A DNA stretch of 64,000 nt from Phoronis australis. Its lineage: Eukaryota > Animalia > Phoronida. The notes beneath the pieces are model-generated. The model worked only from the letters and a program-made list of their open reading frames with translations. It did no database searches and had not been told where the DNA came from. Numbering within the stretch: the stretch's first letter is position 1; each line of letters starts with the position of its first letter. The position numbers and the translations under genes were made by a program. Shown here in pieces: positions 25,240 to 37,200 of the stretch. The stretch lies in NCBI GenBank assembly GCA_002633005.1, contig NMRA01000014.1, forward strand, positions 796,955-860,954, in the 5' to 3' direction.

Positions 25240-28200
25240 GCATGCAAGCACTTGGCAAGTGTCATTACTCAGTCTCTCACCTGTCCGTCCTTCTGAGGAA
25301 CGTATGTTGAACACTCCTTGCAGTCACTGACGACAAAGTCCTGGCAGTCCAAGTGAGCATAGTACTCACAAACTGAAACAGCCAGCAACAAAAATATACA
25401 CTGGGTGAATCTGAACAGACTAGTTGAACTTCTTAGAAAATAAACACTATCTGTGAAATGTAACTTCTTCCTTGTAGTATGGTAGTTGAAGCGATAAGTA
25501 ACTTTTGCACGGATTCCTCAGCTATAAATTAGATTATGTATTGAAATGTGTTCCATTCTAGCTACTGCTAATTTACGGTAATGTTTCACTAATTTCACAC
25601 AAAACAAATTCAATATATTTTCCTCATAGTCAGGGTGAGCACAATAAACCAAATATAGATTTTGTAGTTGACAGGTGTGCGAAATGTAACCAAGCAACGC
25701 CAATTGCTCATGTGTAAATTTAATGAAATGCGACCTACGGGTTGCCAACAGGATCTAATCAACAGTAACAGAGTTATGTAATCTTGTTCTAGTAAAAAGT
25801 AATTTATCCCGTCATTAGTGAAATACCCTTTTAAGCATATGACTCTGGGTCACACAATACTCTTTTGGGTCACCCTTTTCACGCCATGTTTAAAACAGTG
25901 TCAGATTTTCTGTATGAATGGATGAATAAGTACTGAACACACAATGTTGAGACCTTAAATATCAAACAAATGTAAAGTTACCTTTCGGAGTCATGAAGTT
26001 TATGAAACCACTAGCTTTCGGTCTCATCTCAAGACCTTCATCAGGTGCAATGGCAGGTAACTAAGCCTCAGGTGTGTCTGTTACATCAGCGTTGTCATGC
26101 GTCATGTGATGTGGCTTCTGTCGAATCGTCGGGAAAAAGTTCTGGTAGATGACAGGATGATCGTAGCCCGAGTCTCTATGGAGCGTGCCAGCGGATTTCC
26201 ACCGCTTCACGAATCTTTCTACCCCATTACTTGTTCTAAGACGGTAGTGTTATCCGAAGCGATGTGTGACGTCTGAAAACAGTGTTCCCCAATGGCTGAC
26301 ACAGAGCCAGTAGATGTACTCGGGTTCCCTAACCCTAGTGTTGAGGCTCACAGCAGTCTCAGCCACACAACTTGCATTACATTCAGGACAGTCTTGTAGA
26401 TAACACCACACTTCCAGTAATCCTCATACTTAGGGTAAACAAGTAGACTCCTCAGAATGTTAAACGGTTTGTGGTAAGTAGCAACTTGGTGTTCAAGGGA
26501 AATTTTGGTTTACAGTCAGAGTACAAGTCACCATACCCTATGACCATGGCGTCTCTGAGAAATTGTCCAAAAATTTTTCATGACCACCAAGTCACTACTA
26601 ATCACAAACACCCTGAGGAGTCTCCTGGTTCACCCTAAGGGCAAGTCTGAGCATTGCCGTAAATCCAGTGTTACCTACAAGATTGACTGCCCTGATTGCA
26701 ATGCAAATTATGCGAGTAGACTGCTAGGAACCTCGCATTAGGATTAAGGAACACTCGAGTACTTCTACTGGCTCTGTGTCAGCCATTGGTGAACACTGTT
26801 TTCAGACACCACACAACATCTCTTCAGATAATGCTACCGTCTTAGTGAGAGAGAATAAGTATTTATGCAGAGAGAGATACGTAAAGCAGAGGAAATCTGC
26901 TTCCACGCTCCACCACTCAATAGACTCAGGCTATGATCTTCCTGCCATCTAGCAGAACTTATTTCTAGCGATCCAACAGAGGTCACATCACATGACACAT
27001 GACAGTGATGATGTAACAGAGACACCTGAGGCTCTAGTTACCTGCCATTACACCTGATGAAGGTCTTGAGATGAGACCAAAAGCTAGTGGTTTCGTAAAC
27101 TTCACAACTCTGAAATGTAACTTTACATTATTCATATTCTAACGGAGTCAGTGCCACAAACATTCATTCTACCAGTGTTGAGACCTTACTAACAAGGTTA
27201 AAGAGAAGTGTATATAGGAGTAACATCAGGGTCAGCATAAATATTTCTGAAATCCCAAACTGACCGTGTGCGAATTATGTTAAGCAAGAAATTCTCACCA
27301 AGTAATCTCGTTTGAAATGAGTGAGGAACAAACTAAGATTTTCCAAATAATTTTAGGTGTGCGAAATGCGATGAGTGTGCAAAGTTGAGAATTACTGCAT
27401 TAAGGAAAAGGTCTTGTTATAATTAATATGACTTATCATAAATAAGATTCCTCTAGGGACACTTTAGCAGTGCACCTTGTCATGAGAGAACAGTTCATTG
27501 ACGCCATGCTCAAACACTCACTTTCACAGCGTATAGCCCAGTTGTCTTCCAATCTCTTTCGGCAAACATTACAAAATTTGCGCTTAAAATGGCCAGGTTC
27601 AGACCAGCAGTGCGCCACAGGATTCTGAAATGAACAGAGAAAAAATAAAGATAGCTTGCATGAAAAAGAATCAAACATAGCTTGTATAAAAAGACGAAAC
27701 CAAAAGAGCTTTCCCAGTGGCTCCCAAGCTTCCGTATTACAGTAGCTTCAGCCAATGGGAACACTTAACTTCGACGCCATCAGAGTTATCAACAGGGGTC
27801 AGTACCTGCATTTGTAAACAGTGGTCGGTGACTGGTGAATATTTTATTATAACATTTATTATTTTGGTAGTATAAGAATTCTGTTTCAATTCATTCACAT
27901 AGACTTACATTAAACATATCACTGAACGCATGGCGTAAACAAAACGAGTTCCCGCTATACTGCCTTTGTTCAGATCAACTGTTATCAATAATCAATTTTT
28001 AATGTCATTTTGTAGTACATGCTCATCATCCTAATATGGCAACCTTTGGCTTAACCTTGAGAACTTGAAGTTCTAGTTTCTGTTTTGGAAGAGGGGGCAG
28101 TCCATGCCATTGTTGATGGCAAGGACAAAAATCTCAAGGCAAATGACAGAAGGTCATATTAGCAACGCCTAGCCATAACTTCGCTGAACTAGTTTTCTGA

Positions 28201-31200
28201 CTGACTCCGAAGCTGATGGGAACAATGATGTTTAACTTTGAGGTTAACCAATTATTATTGAAGCTTGGATAGTAGCTGAGCTAACTGTATGGGAAAGGGC
28301 CTCAAGACAGTTTGCTAGAACAACATGGAGCCAAAATTAGCCTCCATGAATAAAGAATTAGATAATTTGCGCAAACAAAGTAGTATGGATAATATTGTGG
28401 TTGATCCCTGACAGCACAGGATCAAATGCAGTTTGAACAGAATGGAATCCAAGATAGCTTCCCAGCTGTCACTAACCACAGAACAACAGAAAGTGGCAAA
28501 AATGACCCAGCAAAGGGCCTGCAACTGCTTTCATTTTCATTGAGAAAACATGTCAAATTCCCTATTGAACACAGTCCGAGTAGGTAATTAGCATTTTTAC
28601 TAAATGTAACACCAAATTAAGTTATCACACTGCATCACAACAGATGTGTCTATGACATGGACATGCTCTGAAAAGGATCAAGCAGTAAACTTAACTACCA
28701 TCTCACAGTATCCCTAGCCATTGTTCATTTCATCTATTCTGCATGCTTAAGCCGCATCGCAACCAAATCCATATTCTCATATTAATAAAACGAAGGGAGA
28801 CAGTAAATACAGCAAGACTAGTTGATCAACTGAGTGTCAAGCACATCAAATGTCAAGCACACCAATGTGATGAGCAGCATCTGAGCTCCAGCTGATACAG
28901 TCAGGAGTAAATCACTAACTACAGAAGTAACCCTGGTCTACTTTCTCAGCTGATACAGTCAGGAGTAAATCTGACTGCCTACAGAAGTACGGTAATCCTG
29001 GTCTACTTTTTAAGCTGGTACACTCGAAAGACAATACCACTCCCTACTGGAGCAACCATGGACTACTTTCTCAGATGAGTAGTAAGTACAATAAACATTC
29101 AGGTTAATGCCCATACTCACACAAGCACCCCCTTCCTCAGACTTTTGAAATTTTTTAATTTAGCACATAATGCTCGGTAAATGCTCACTTTCTACTTTTG
29201 AGCAATTTCAATCAAGCACCCGCTGCTCTGGCTAGCACCCGTTTATAATTTGCTTCAAAGAATTGACTTTCAAAACAGCAAACCACTCTTTTCAATGCGA
29301 AAACCAGATCAATTTTGAGTCTCCATGTGGTTGCGGCTGGGAGTCATGGCCATTAGCGTACATGTCATATTCTGTTGGCATTGAAAACACCCGCGTTATT
29401 GAAACTGACATTTACCGGAACTATATTCTACAACAAATTTATTTTCAAAAGAATCATTCATTTCTCAGAGTTCTAGGAGCCCAATCTCGGTCTAACCCTA
29501 GTTACCTCCAAAGTAGAAGTGACAGGCACTCTATTGTTCTGGACCCGTGGCATTTTATGGCTCGTAATCAGCGCCAAGAGAGTAAACTCAAATCACCCGA
29601 TAGCCGATTACCACAAAGTATTTCAAGGCTGTTTATTTTTAATTTTTGAATATGTACCAAATACATAAGATTTTGCTTGTGAAATTTTTGCAGCGGTATT
29701 TCAACATTTCAAATTGTCTCTTACCTCTCTCATCTGAGACGAATATTTATTCAGATGCTGTTTACTGATTTCAAGTGTGTACTCATCCTTTTTAGAAAAG
29801 CTTGATGAGATATAAAAATAGAAGCACAGCTGTACTGTAGACCAAAACAAAGTGTTCTGCGGAGTGACAGTGTAAGCAGTAGGCATGGTGATCAAAACCC
29901 ACCTTTATCATCAACGGAATAACTGTAACATCACTCATCTTAAACACTGAGGAAAACTTATCATGTTATTGGTACTATTGTTTCATTATCAAAGCACCTT
30001 TCTTTTTGCTAAATTCTAATAGAAGTACACATGACCTAATTAATAGTAACTCCGTAAAAAGTAAAAAAATTGACAGGCTTTCTGCTTTCAGAAAACAACT
30101 AGAAGATTTTTAGAGAATTAAAATCTAGTCTTGTCAATACGGTCCTACATAACCATAAGCGCCCACGTAAGGGTTAACACCCAACCTCAATGCACACTTT
30201 TCATATTGGCGCCCTGTAAAGAAATGAGAGCACACAATCCACCTCCATTTGATCCTGACACTTCTGCTGACAGAAATTCAATTATTACATAGTCGTTCAC
30301 ACAGGAATAAATCCCACTGTCAGTCCCTCCCAATGTTTGATTAGGTTAAGTTCACTAATTTATTTTAGATTTTTCACATCGGTTGGGACAGAAATTCTTC
30401 TGTCGTATCAGTCATTTCACTGACTTAAAAGCCGTAGATTCTTCTTTGTAGTGGGAAATGCATGGGACATGATGTCCTTCATCCATGGATATATCAAGAG
30501 GTTTGTGTTTTTCCATAAACCATTAGTACACCTCATCACACAGTAGAGGAATCGAGCATTACGTACGACAGCAACAAAGGCGTTAAAATGCTGTTCACGC
30601 CATTAGGTCAAAACCTTCCGTCCGCAACACATGGTATCTGTAGCTTGCCTCAAACGCCTGTGCATCTAAGACCTGATCCTGTCTGACAGGAAAATGATTT
30701 CCAATATGACACAATTATTTCGAAAACCAGCAATTGCTTGAAACTTCTGTTTTCAGCGATTATTTCTAGGTGAAGCAGCTGCCCTAATTTCCAGACTCAC
30801 CAATTTAAGTGCCCAGAGCATTAACATGAATGTTTACAGTAAATCATGTCACAGTAACCCTGGCCTACTTTCTGAACTTGGGAACAGTTGTAAGAAAATA
30901 ACTGCCATAGTAACCTTGTTTTACTTTCTCAGGTGACACAGTTGAAATGAAATCATTGAAAGAGTAACCCTAGTCAACTATCTCAGCTGGTACTGTGACT
31001 GTACCGCAAGTATGCTTCTAAAGGTGTTCCAAAGAATAAAAAATTGGCCAGTAGGAGGAGCAGAAAACGAAATGGTGACGATGATGATGTCGTCTCCCTA
31101 ATACTAAAACAGTATTAAAATGGTAAAAGAAAAGTATCTGGAAATCTATACGAAACACAAAATTGGTCTTTAGTCTTGAAAAGTAAAATCAACATTAACT

Positions 31201-34200
31201 TTGCTCAAGGTCGGAGCTTATAGGCCTACCAAATTTAAGAAAGACAATATTGGCCACCTCAAACTGAAAAATTATGCTATGGCCAAAAAGGCATAGTTGG
31301 CTCTGGTGTTTTTTGAAAATCAAGTTGTCAAGTCAGTATTTTTAATTGGTCACCTATTCAAAAAAGAGAACCCACTTATATGATAAAAATGATATGTTAT
31401 ATCTGTTTTTCACTCAATGCTTGGCAAATCATGGTGTTTCAATCTTTGCTATCGTGTTTCTATGCAGCTTATAGAAAAAACAAGGCCTTGACTGCAATTG
31501 ATGCGCAGGCAGGCACTTTTTTCTTTAATCGGAGAGCGTCAATCACAAAACGAGTTGGGGTACTGACCAGATCAAACCATGCTTTATAACAAGTGATTAG
31601 TCACCTTGACGTTACTCTAGAAGGACACAAACGAAAACATCACGATTTTGTGAACTGACAAATGTACTTTTGAAACTAACACAATTGTCCTAATATTTTC
31701 GGAAATGTGATGAATGCCTAAACTGGTCATGTCGGATGTCCCAATTTGTAGAATGAAAAACATTCAATTTCATTTTGAATTTGAGTCCCAAATTTTAGAG
31801 TCTCTCCCAAACTGTGTTGGAATTGAAAAGACTGAACAAAGTAAAGAGTTTGCCAACATCAACTTGATTTATGATTTCCATTCATTACTGGTGGTATTTT
31901 CAACATTTCTGTGCTTATCACAACAGTAAACTAAATGGCTAGCCCAGGCAAAAATTTCAACTGGACTGGAAAATCTGACTGTGATAGGCAAGACCACAAT
32001 CCTCTGTTCCACCAAGAATTTGCAGGGCAGGAAACATGACAATTGACAGTGTTTATTTTGAAATTCAAAATCTTGTTTATTCTGCAAAACAAGTGCTGAT
32101 TCAGCAATACTTTTACTATACACCAACAGAAACCTCAAACACTAAAATATGGTGTAGTGGAAACTCTTGGTATCTGGCAACTCATATTTTATGCCAGTTA
32201 GACCACAAAATTTTCAATTGTTTTCTTTACAAAAACAAACTTAGGGAAGTTCACAGTCCTGTCTCAGACAAGCTGTTTTCATTACAAATGCGTGACTGTA
32301 TAAATCGACCTCTATGACGTTATTCTCACAGAGAAGCCAATTAAAAATAGACCGATCTATAATTGTGCACTATTCTTAGAGTCAGCATGTGCTTTGGTAA
32401 AAACAACATAGGGAGATTTACAAGCTGACCTTCATTCAAGCTCAAATTCAACAGCTGTTTATTAGATCTCTGTAAAGACAAAAGTGCACAGTAGCTCACC
32501 TACCAACACGCTACACACACAGCTCCACACATCAAGGCAAGCAGTGGTTGGTCATCCAAAACATCACTTACATATTAGACGCTACCAAACAGCTCTGTAC
32601 ATCAAAGAAGGCAACGTCCACAACATCACCTACATACATGCTACCCAAACAGCTACATACATCAAAGAAGGCAGTGTCCACATCACCTACATCATAGACG
32701 CTAACCAAACAGCTCTGTACATCAAGGAAAGCAGTGTCCACATCACCAACATCATGGACGCTACCAAACAGCTCCGTACATCAAAGAAGGCGGTGTCCAT
32801 AATATTACCTACATACATGCTACCTAAACAGCTCTGTACATCAAAGAAGGCAGTGTGCACATCACCAACATACATGATACCCTAACACCTCCCCACATCA
32901 TAGAAGTACATCAAAGAAGGCAGTGTGCTCAACATCACCTACATACCGTAAACTCGCGGGTTAACACCCATGACCGGGTAATCGCCCACCCCCCTCCCTT
33001 TTGCCAAATTTCAATGTAAGCGCCCACTAGTAGGGTAATTACCCATCCTCCACTTGCCGTAAATTTCGGCTTCTCATGTAATCACTCATTCCCAACTTAC
33101 CGCTGACAGAACTCGACTTTGAACTTGTACTTTTCTGCACAGTTTTGCCTCAGGCTCAGACTTCCGTGTTTGTGGGAAACGCGGCGTGCTTTTACACGAG
33201 AGACGATTCTCACCATTTCAGTTATCACGGCACGACTTGCTCCGCTTCAGTCACATTTATACGACATTAGATCGCAAACTGAATCACTTACATGAAGACT
33301 GTCTACACATACTCGCAAGTGAACGTCCAAACCACGTCAAGTGCCAGCAATCACCCATATGTACACTATTACGCAAGCACATTGAAAGATGATCCCTTTC
33401 CACCCTGTCCCAGTTGTGTTTAGACGTGTAGTTGACACTGGAGCAATTGATCGAGTACGTCTCACTCTACCTATCAAACCAGTGTCAAAAATGGTTGCTG
33501 TGGTGTCAACTTGCTCCATGTCAGTCGTGTTTACACACACACTTGCACCTGATCAAATGTTCGGTGTTAGTAGCTCCGTGAGAGCTGTGTCTCGTGTAAA
33601 CGTAACTAATATCGTTATACACAGTTTGAGAAACATTCTGGCGCCAAATGGGAGTTTCCTTTTTTCTAACAGAATTTTAAGGAAGTGGAACTGTTATTCA
33701 GTAGCCTAAAGCCATACAGGCGCATGCAATGAAGATTAAATTTCTTTCCTCTACTGTGACCATTCACCGCTTTATTGCACGCCATATTCAAACGATTAAT
33801 CGGCGAATTTTAAAATTGTTTAGACATATGAAACATGGCCAGGATGACTCTCTGGCTCAGCAGTTGATCATTTCAAAGGAAACAAAAGCTCAAAATCTGC
33901 AACATTTTATTGGCTTGAGCAAAGAGTAGTTTCGATGAACAGAAATACTCAAATACTTTGCCGGTCCCAAAGACAAGTGAAGATGATAAATGTTGGTCTT
34001 GCTTAAAAAAAGAGTGCTGTAAAATATCTCTCAACAGAGACACTGGCGCATAGCAGCAGTGTACAACAGCGAGGCATGTTTCTTACAGATGAATAACATT
34101 CTGGAAAAAAGCGCAGGATCAGGGAATGGCACTGGTATTGGAAACACCCCAGAATCTAGTTTTGTAACATGTTCGGAAATCTTCAATTTAAGTTCATGTA

Positions 34201-37200
34201 AAAAAAAACTTGGTTTTACTTGTGTTTTGCATGCACAATGGGCCTAAATATGTGCCACTACAATGATGGCGAGAGTATTTTATGGACACTTACCTTTATT
34301 TGGCGAGCAGCAATACTTGAGCAGGAAGAGACGACAGTATGACAGCAACGGTCATGGACAATGAAGTTACACACTGCAACACAAGTGGACAACATTATCA
34401 TCTACAGCAAAGCACTTGCAGGACAAAGCAAACTAAAATTATTACCACTTATCATTGTAAAAGCTTTGTCAGTTGTCACTGAATCCACTCACCACATCAC
34501 TTTTCTCCCACAACAAGTGTCACTGATCCTATTTACCCAGACACTGTGCTGCAGAAGTTGTCACTGACCCTATTAAGATTGACAATGTCTTATGGCAGAT
34601 GACACTGAGCCTATCCACCTTGAATAGCTGCTGCAGCAGTTGTTACTGGATCCATTTAACGTGACACAGTGCACAGCAGTTGCCACTCGGCCTATTTACC
34701 TCGACATTGTGTTGCAACAGTTGTCACTGAGCCTATTTACCTTGACACTAGGTTGCAGAAAATGTCACTGAGTCTATTTATCTTCAGTTAGCACTGTGCT
34801 GCAGGTGTCACTGAACCTATTTACCTTAACAATAAGGTGCAGCAGATGCCATTAAGTCAATTTACATTAACACTGCAGTGCAGCAAATGACACTGAGCCT
34901 ATTTACCTTGAAATTGTGCTGCAGGTGTTGCTCAGCCTATTAACCTTGGCACTGGGCTGCAGCAGTTGTCACTGACCCTACAAATTTACCATGACACTTT
35001 GCTGCAGCAGTTATCACTGAGCCTATTCCCCTTGATACTGTGCTACTAAGCCTATATACCTTATTTGACACGGTACTGCAGTTGGTGTCACTGAGCCTAG
35101 TTATCGTGACACCATGTCACTGAGCCTATTCACCTCGACACTGTACTGCCGGAGAGAAGTTTTTAGCAACTGAACAGGATGCATGGCCATGCTGNTTAAC
35201 AATAAGGTGCAGCAGATGCCACTAAGTCAATTTACATTAACACTGCAGTGCAGCAAGTGACACTGAGCCTATTTACCTTGACATTGTGCTGCAGGTGTTG
35301 CTCAGCCTATTAACCTTGGCACTGGGCTGCAGCAGTTGTCACTGACCCTACAAATTTACCATGACACTTTGCTGCAGCAGTTATCACTGAGCCTATTCCC
35401 CTTGATACTGTGCTACTAAGCCTATATACCTTATTTGACACGGTACTGCAGTTGGTGTCACTGAGCCTAGTTATCGTGACACCATGTCACTGAGCCTATT
35501 CACCTCGACACTGTACTGCCGGAGAGAAGTTTTTAGCAACTGAACAGGATGCATGGCCATGCTGTGCCCACCTTAGCTGTTTTAGCATATACAGTATTAA
35601 TCACAGTTGACAAATAATTCCATCTTGCTTTGACACTTTTTGGCTTTTAGATGTGGTAATGGAATCATAACTAGTGAGCATGAGACGCTTGTTTTCAAAC
35701 CCTAATAAGCGTCATTAATGAATACTTCCCACAAATCAATTACTTCTCAGGTGTCTATGCTTTTGTTAAAAAAAAACAAAACAAAATTACGGTCAAAGAC
35801 TCGAAATACAAGTTGATAAGCAAACGATAAAGATTTCCTATGACTAAAAAAACCTCAGGCCCTCCAATATACAGAAAACTTGCAATAACACCTCAATTAA
35901 CAATGGAACCATTTAGCACAGAGCTGGGAAGGCATTGGATATATATCAATCATCTGGATCAGGGAACTCAGAGAACAACGGACATAGAAAAAACAGAAGC
36001 CTGTGGGAACGTTGAGACAGGGGAACATGAGTAGGGGAACTGTGGCTAAGGATAACAAGAGTAACAAAAAGTATTGCAATGGACCTGAGAAAGAGTAATG
36101 AAAAACAAAAAACGTACATTTGTTCTCAAAACTGAGGTTAAAACTAAATGTTTGCGATATATTAATGAAAATATTTGTCTATTTTGTACTTCACAGAAGT
36201 TATTGACAAAGGCATATTTAAAACCTGGTACCCCTTAAACTACTGTTGGCACTTCTAGTTAGTGAACAATGTCTTCTGAGATAAACACCTAATTGTTGTC
36301 AGACATCAATACAAACGTCCAAGTTGGAACAAAAACTTGAAAGGATACTGATACTTGTTTTTATGATTTTGACCAATCCTTGTTCTGTCACCTGCTAATG
36401 TATCATTGGCGTCAATCTTGAAAGTAGGAATCAACTAATAACTCCTACTCCCTATCTCACAAATTGGATATTATGGTCCTTGGTGGGTGGTCTTTTCCCA
36501 CAGTTGCGGTGTAATTTGCAGAAAGCATAGGTTCCGCTTGCCCATTTAGCAGACTTTGAAAGGAGTTTTCAAATTTTCCTTCAAATTTTTTAAGGTTATC
36601 GAGGGTTACAGTCAGGGCTAACGCATTATTTTGTTTCAGAGAACTGGATGGGAAAGGCATTTTTAGTATCTGTTAATACGGTAGGCCAAAACCGGGTTTG
36701 GTATCCTTTAGCAATATTTGGGCACATTGTTTGGATGAGACCAGAAAGTTGGTCACAAGACGACCACTTCTGGCCATCTCGTAAGTAGTAGTACCAATGG
36801 AAAAATCTCTTTCACATGTCTTATGTACCATACACTACCATCGGTTGCTGTCCAGTGGTCAAGCAGAAGGTTGGGAGTGAACCTGGCTATGAAGTTAGAA
36901 AAAACTTGTGAGGAAACGAAATTCCAGCATACTAATGCTATATTCAGGTAAAAAGTGAGCCAATAATCATTTTTTGTGGTCCTATTCCTCAGGTAGCTCG
37001 ATAGGCAAACCACTCAGGACTTTGAAGGCTCTCACGGCCGACGGGTTGCCTGGTGGTATTTTTCATATCATTTGTCATCAGTGGTCTCATAAAATGAAAA
37101 TGATTTACAAATTCCTGGATACTACTACCTGGACTCAAGGCAAGGTGACTTTTTGCATCAATAAATAATCTTATTTTAGCCGCCAATGCCAGCTGGACAT

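Larger units (their letters stand above)
25958..27175. mobile_element. Penelope-like retroelement insertion: two 5'-truncated, decayed copies in inverted (tails-out) orientation
   Basis: The + copy gives GIY-YIG-like remnants ([27 protein letters not shown]...SAIGEHC) at ~26660-26810, mirrored on the - strand at ~26270-26410. 3' ends are inverted repeats of each other. The 13-bp direct repeat TGTTGAGACCTTA flanks it at 25945-25957 and 27176-27188. Confidence 0.82.

Noticed and set aside
28130-28530. Coiled-coil-like reading ([18 protein letters not shown]...) as a possible LINE ORF1 remnant
   Set aside because: Interrupted by stops and has no diagnostic motif; cannot be supported without a search.
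34826-35564. 369-bp direct duplication
   Set aside because: Joined at a single n (35195) and nearly identical; most likely a scaffolding artefact.
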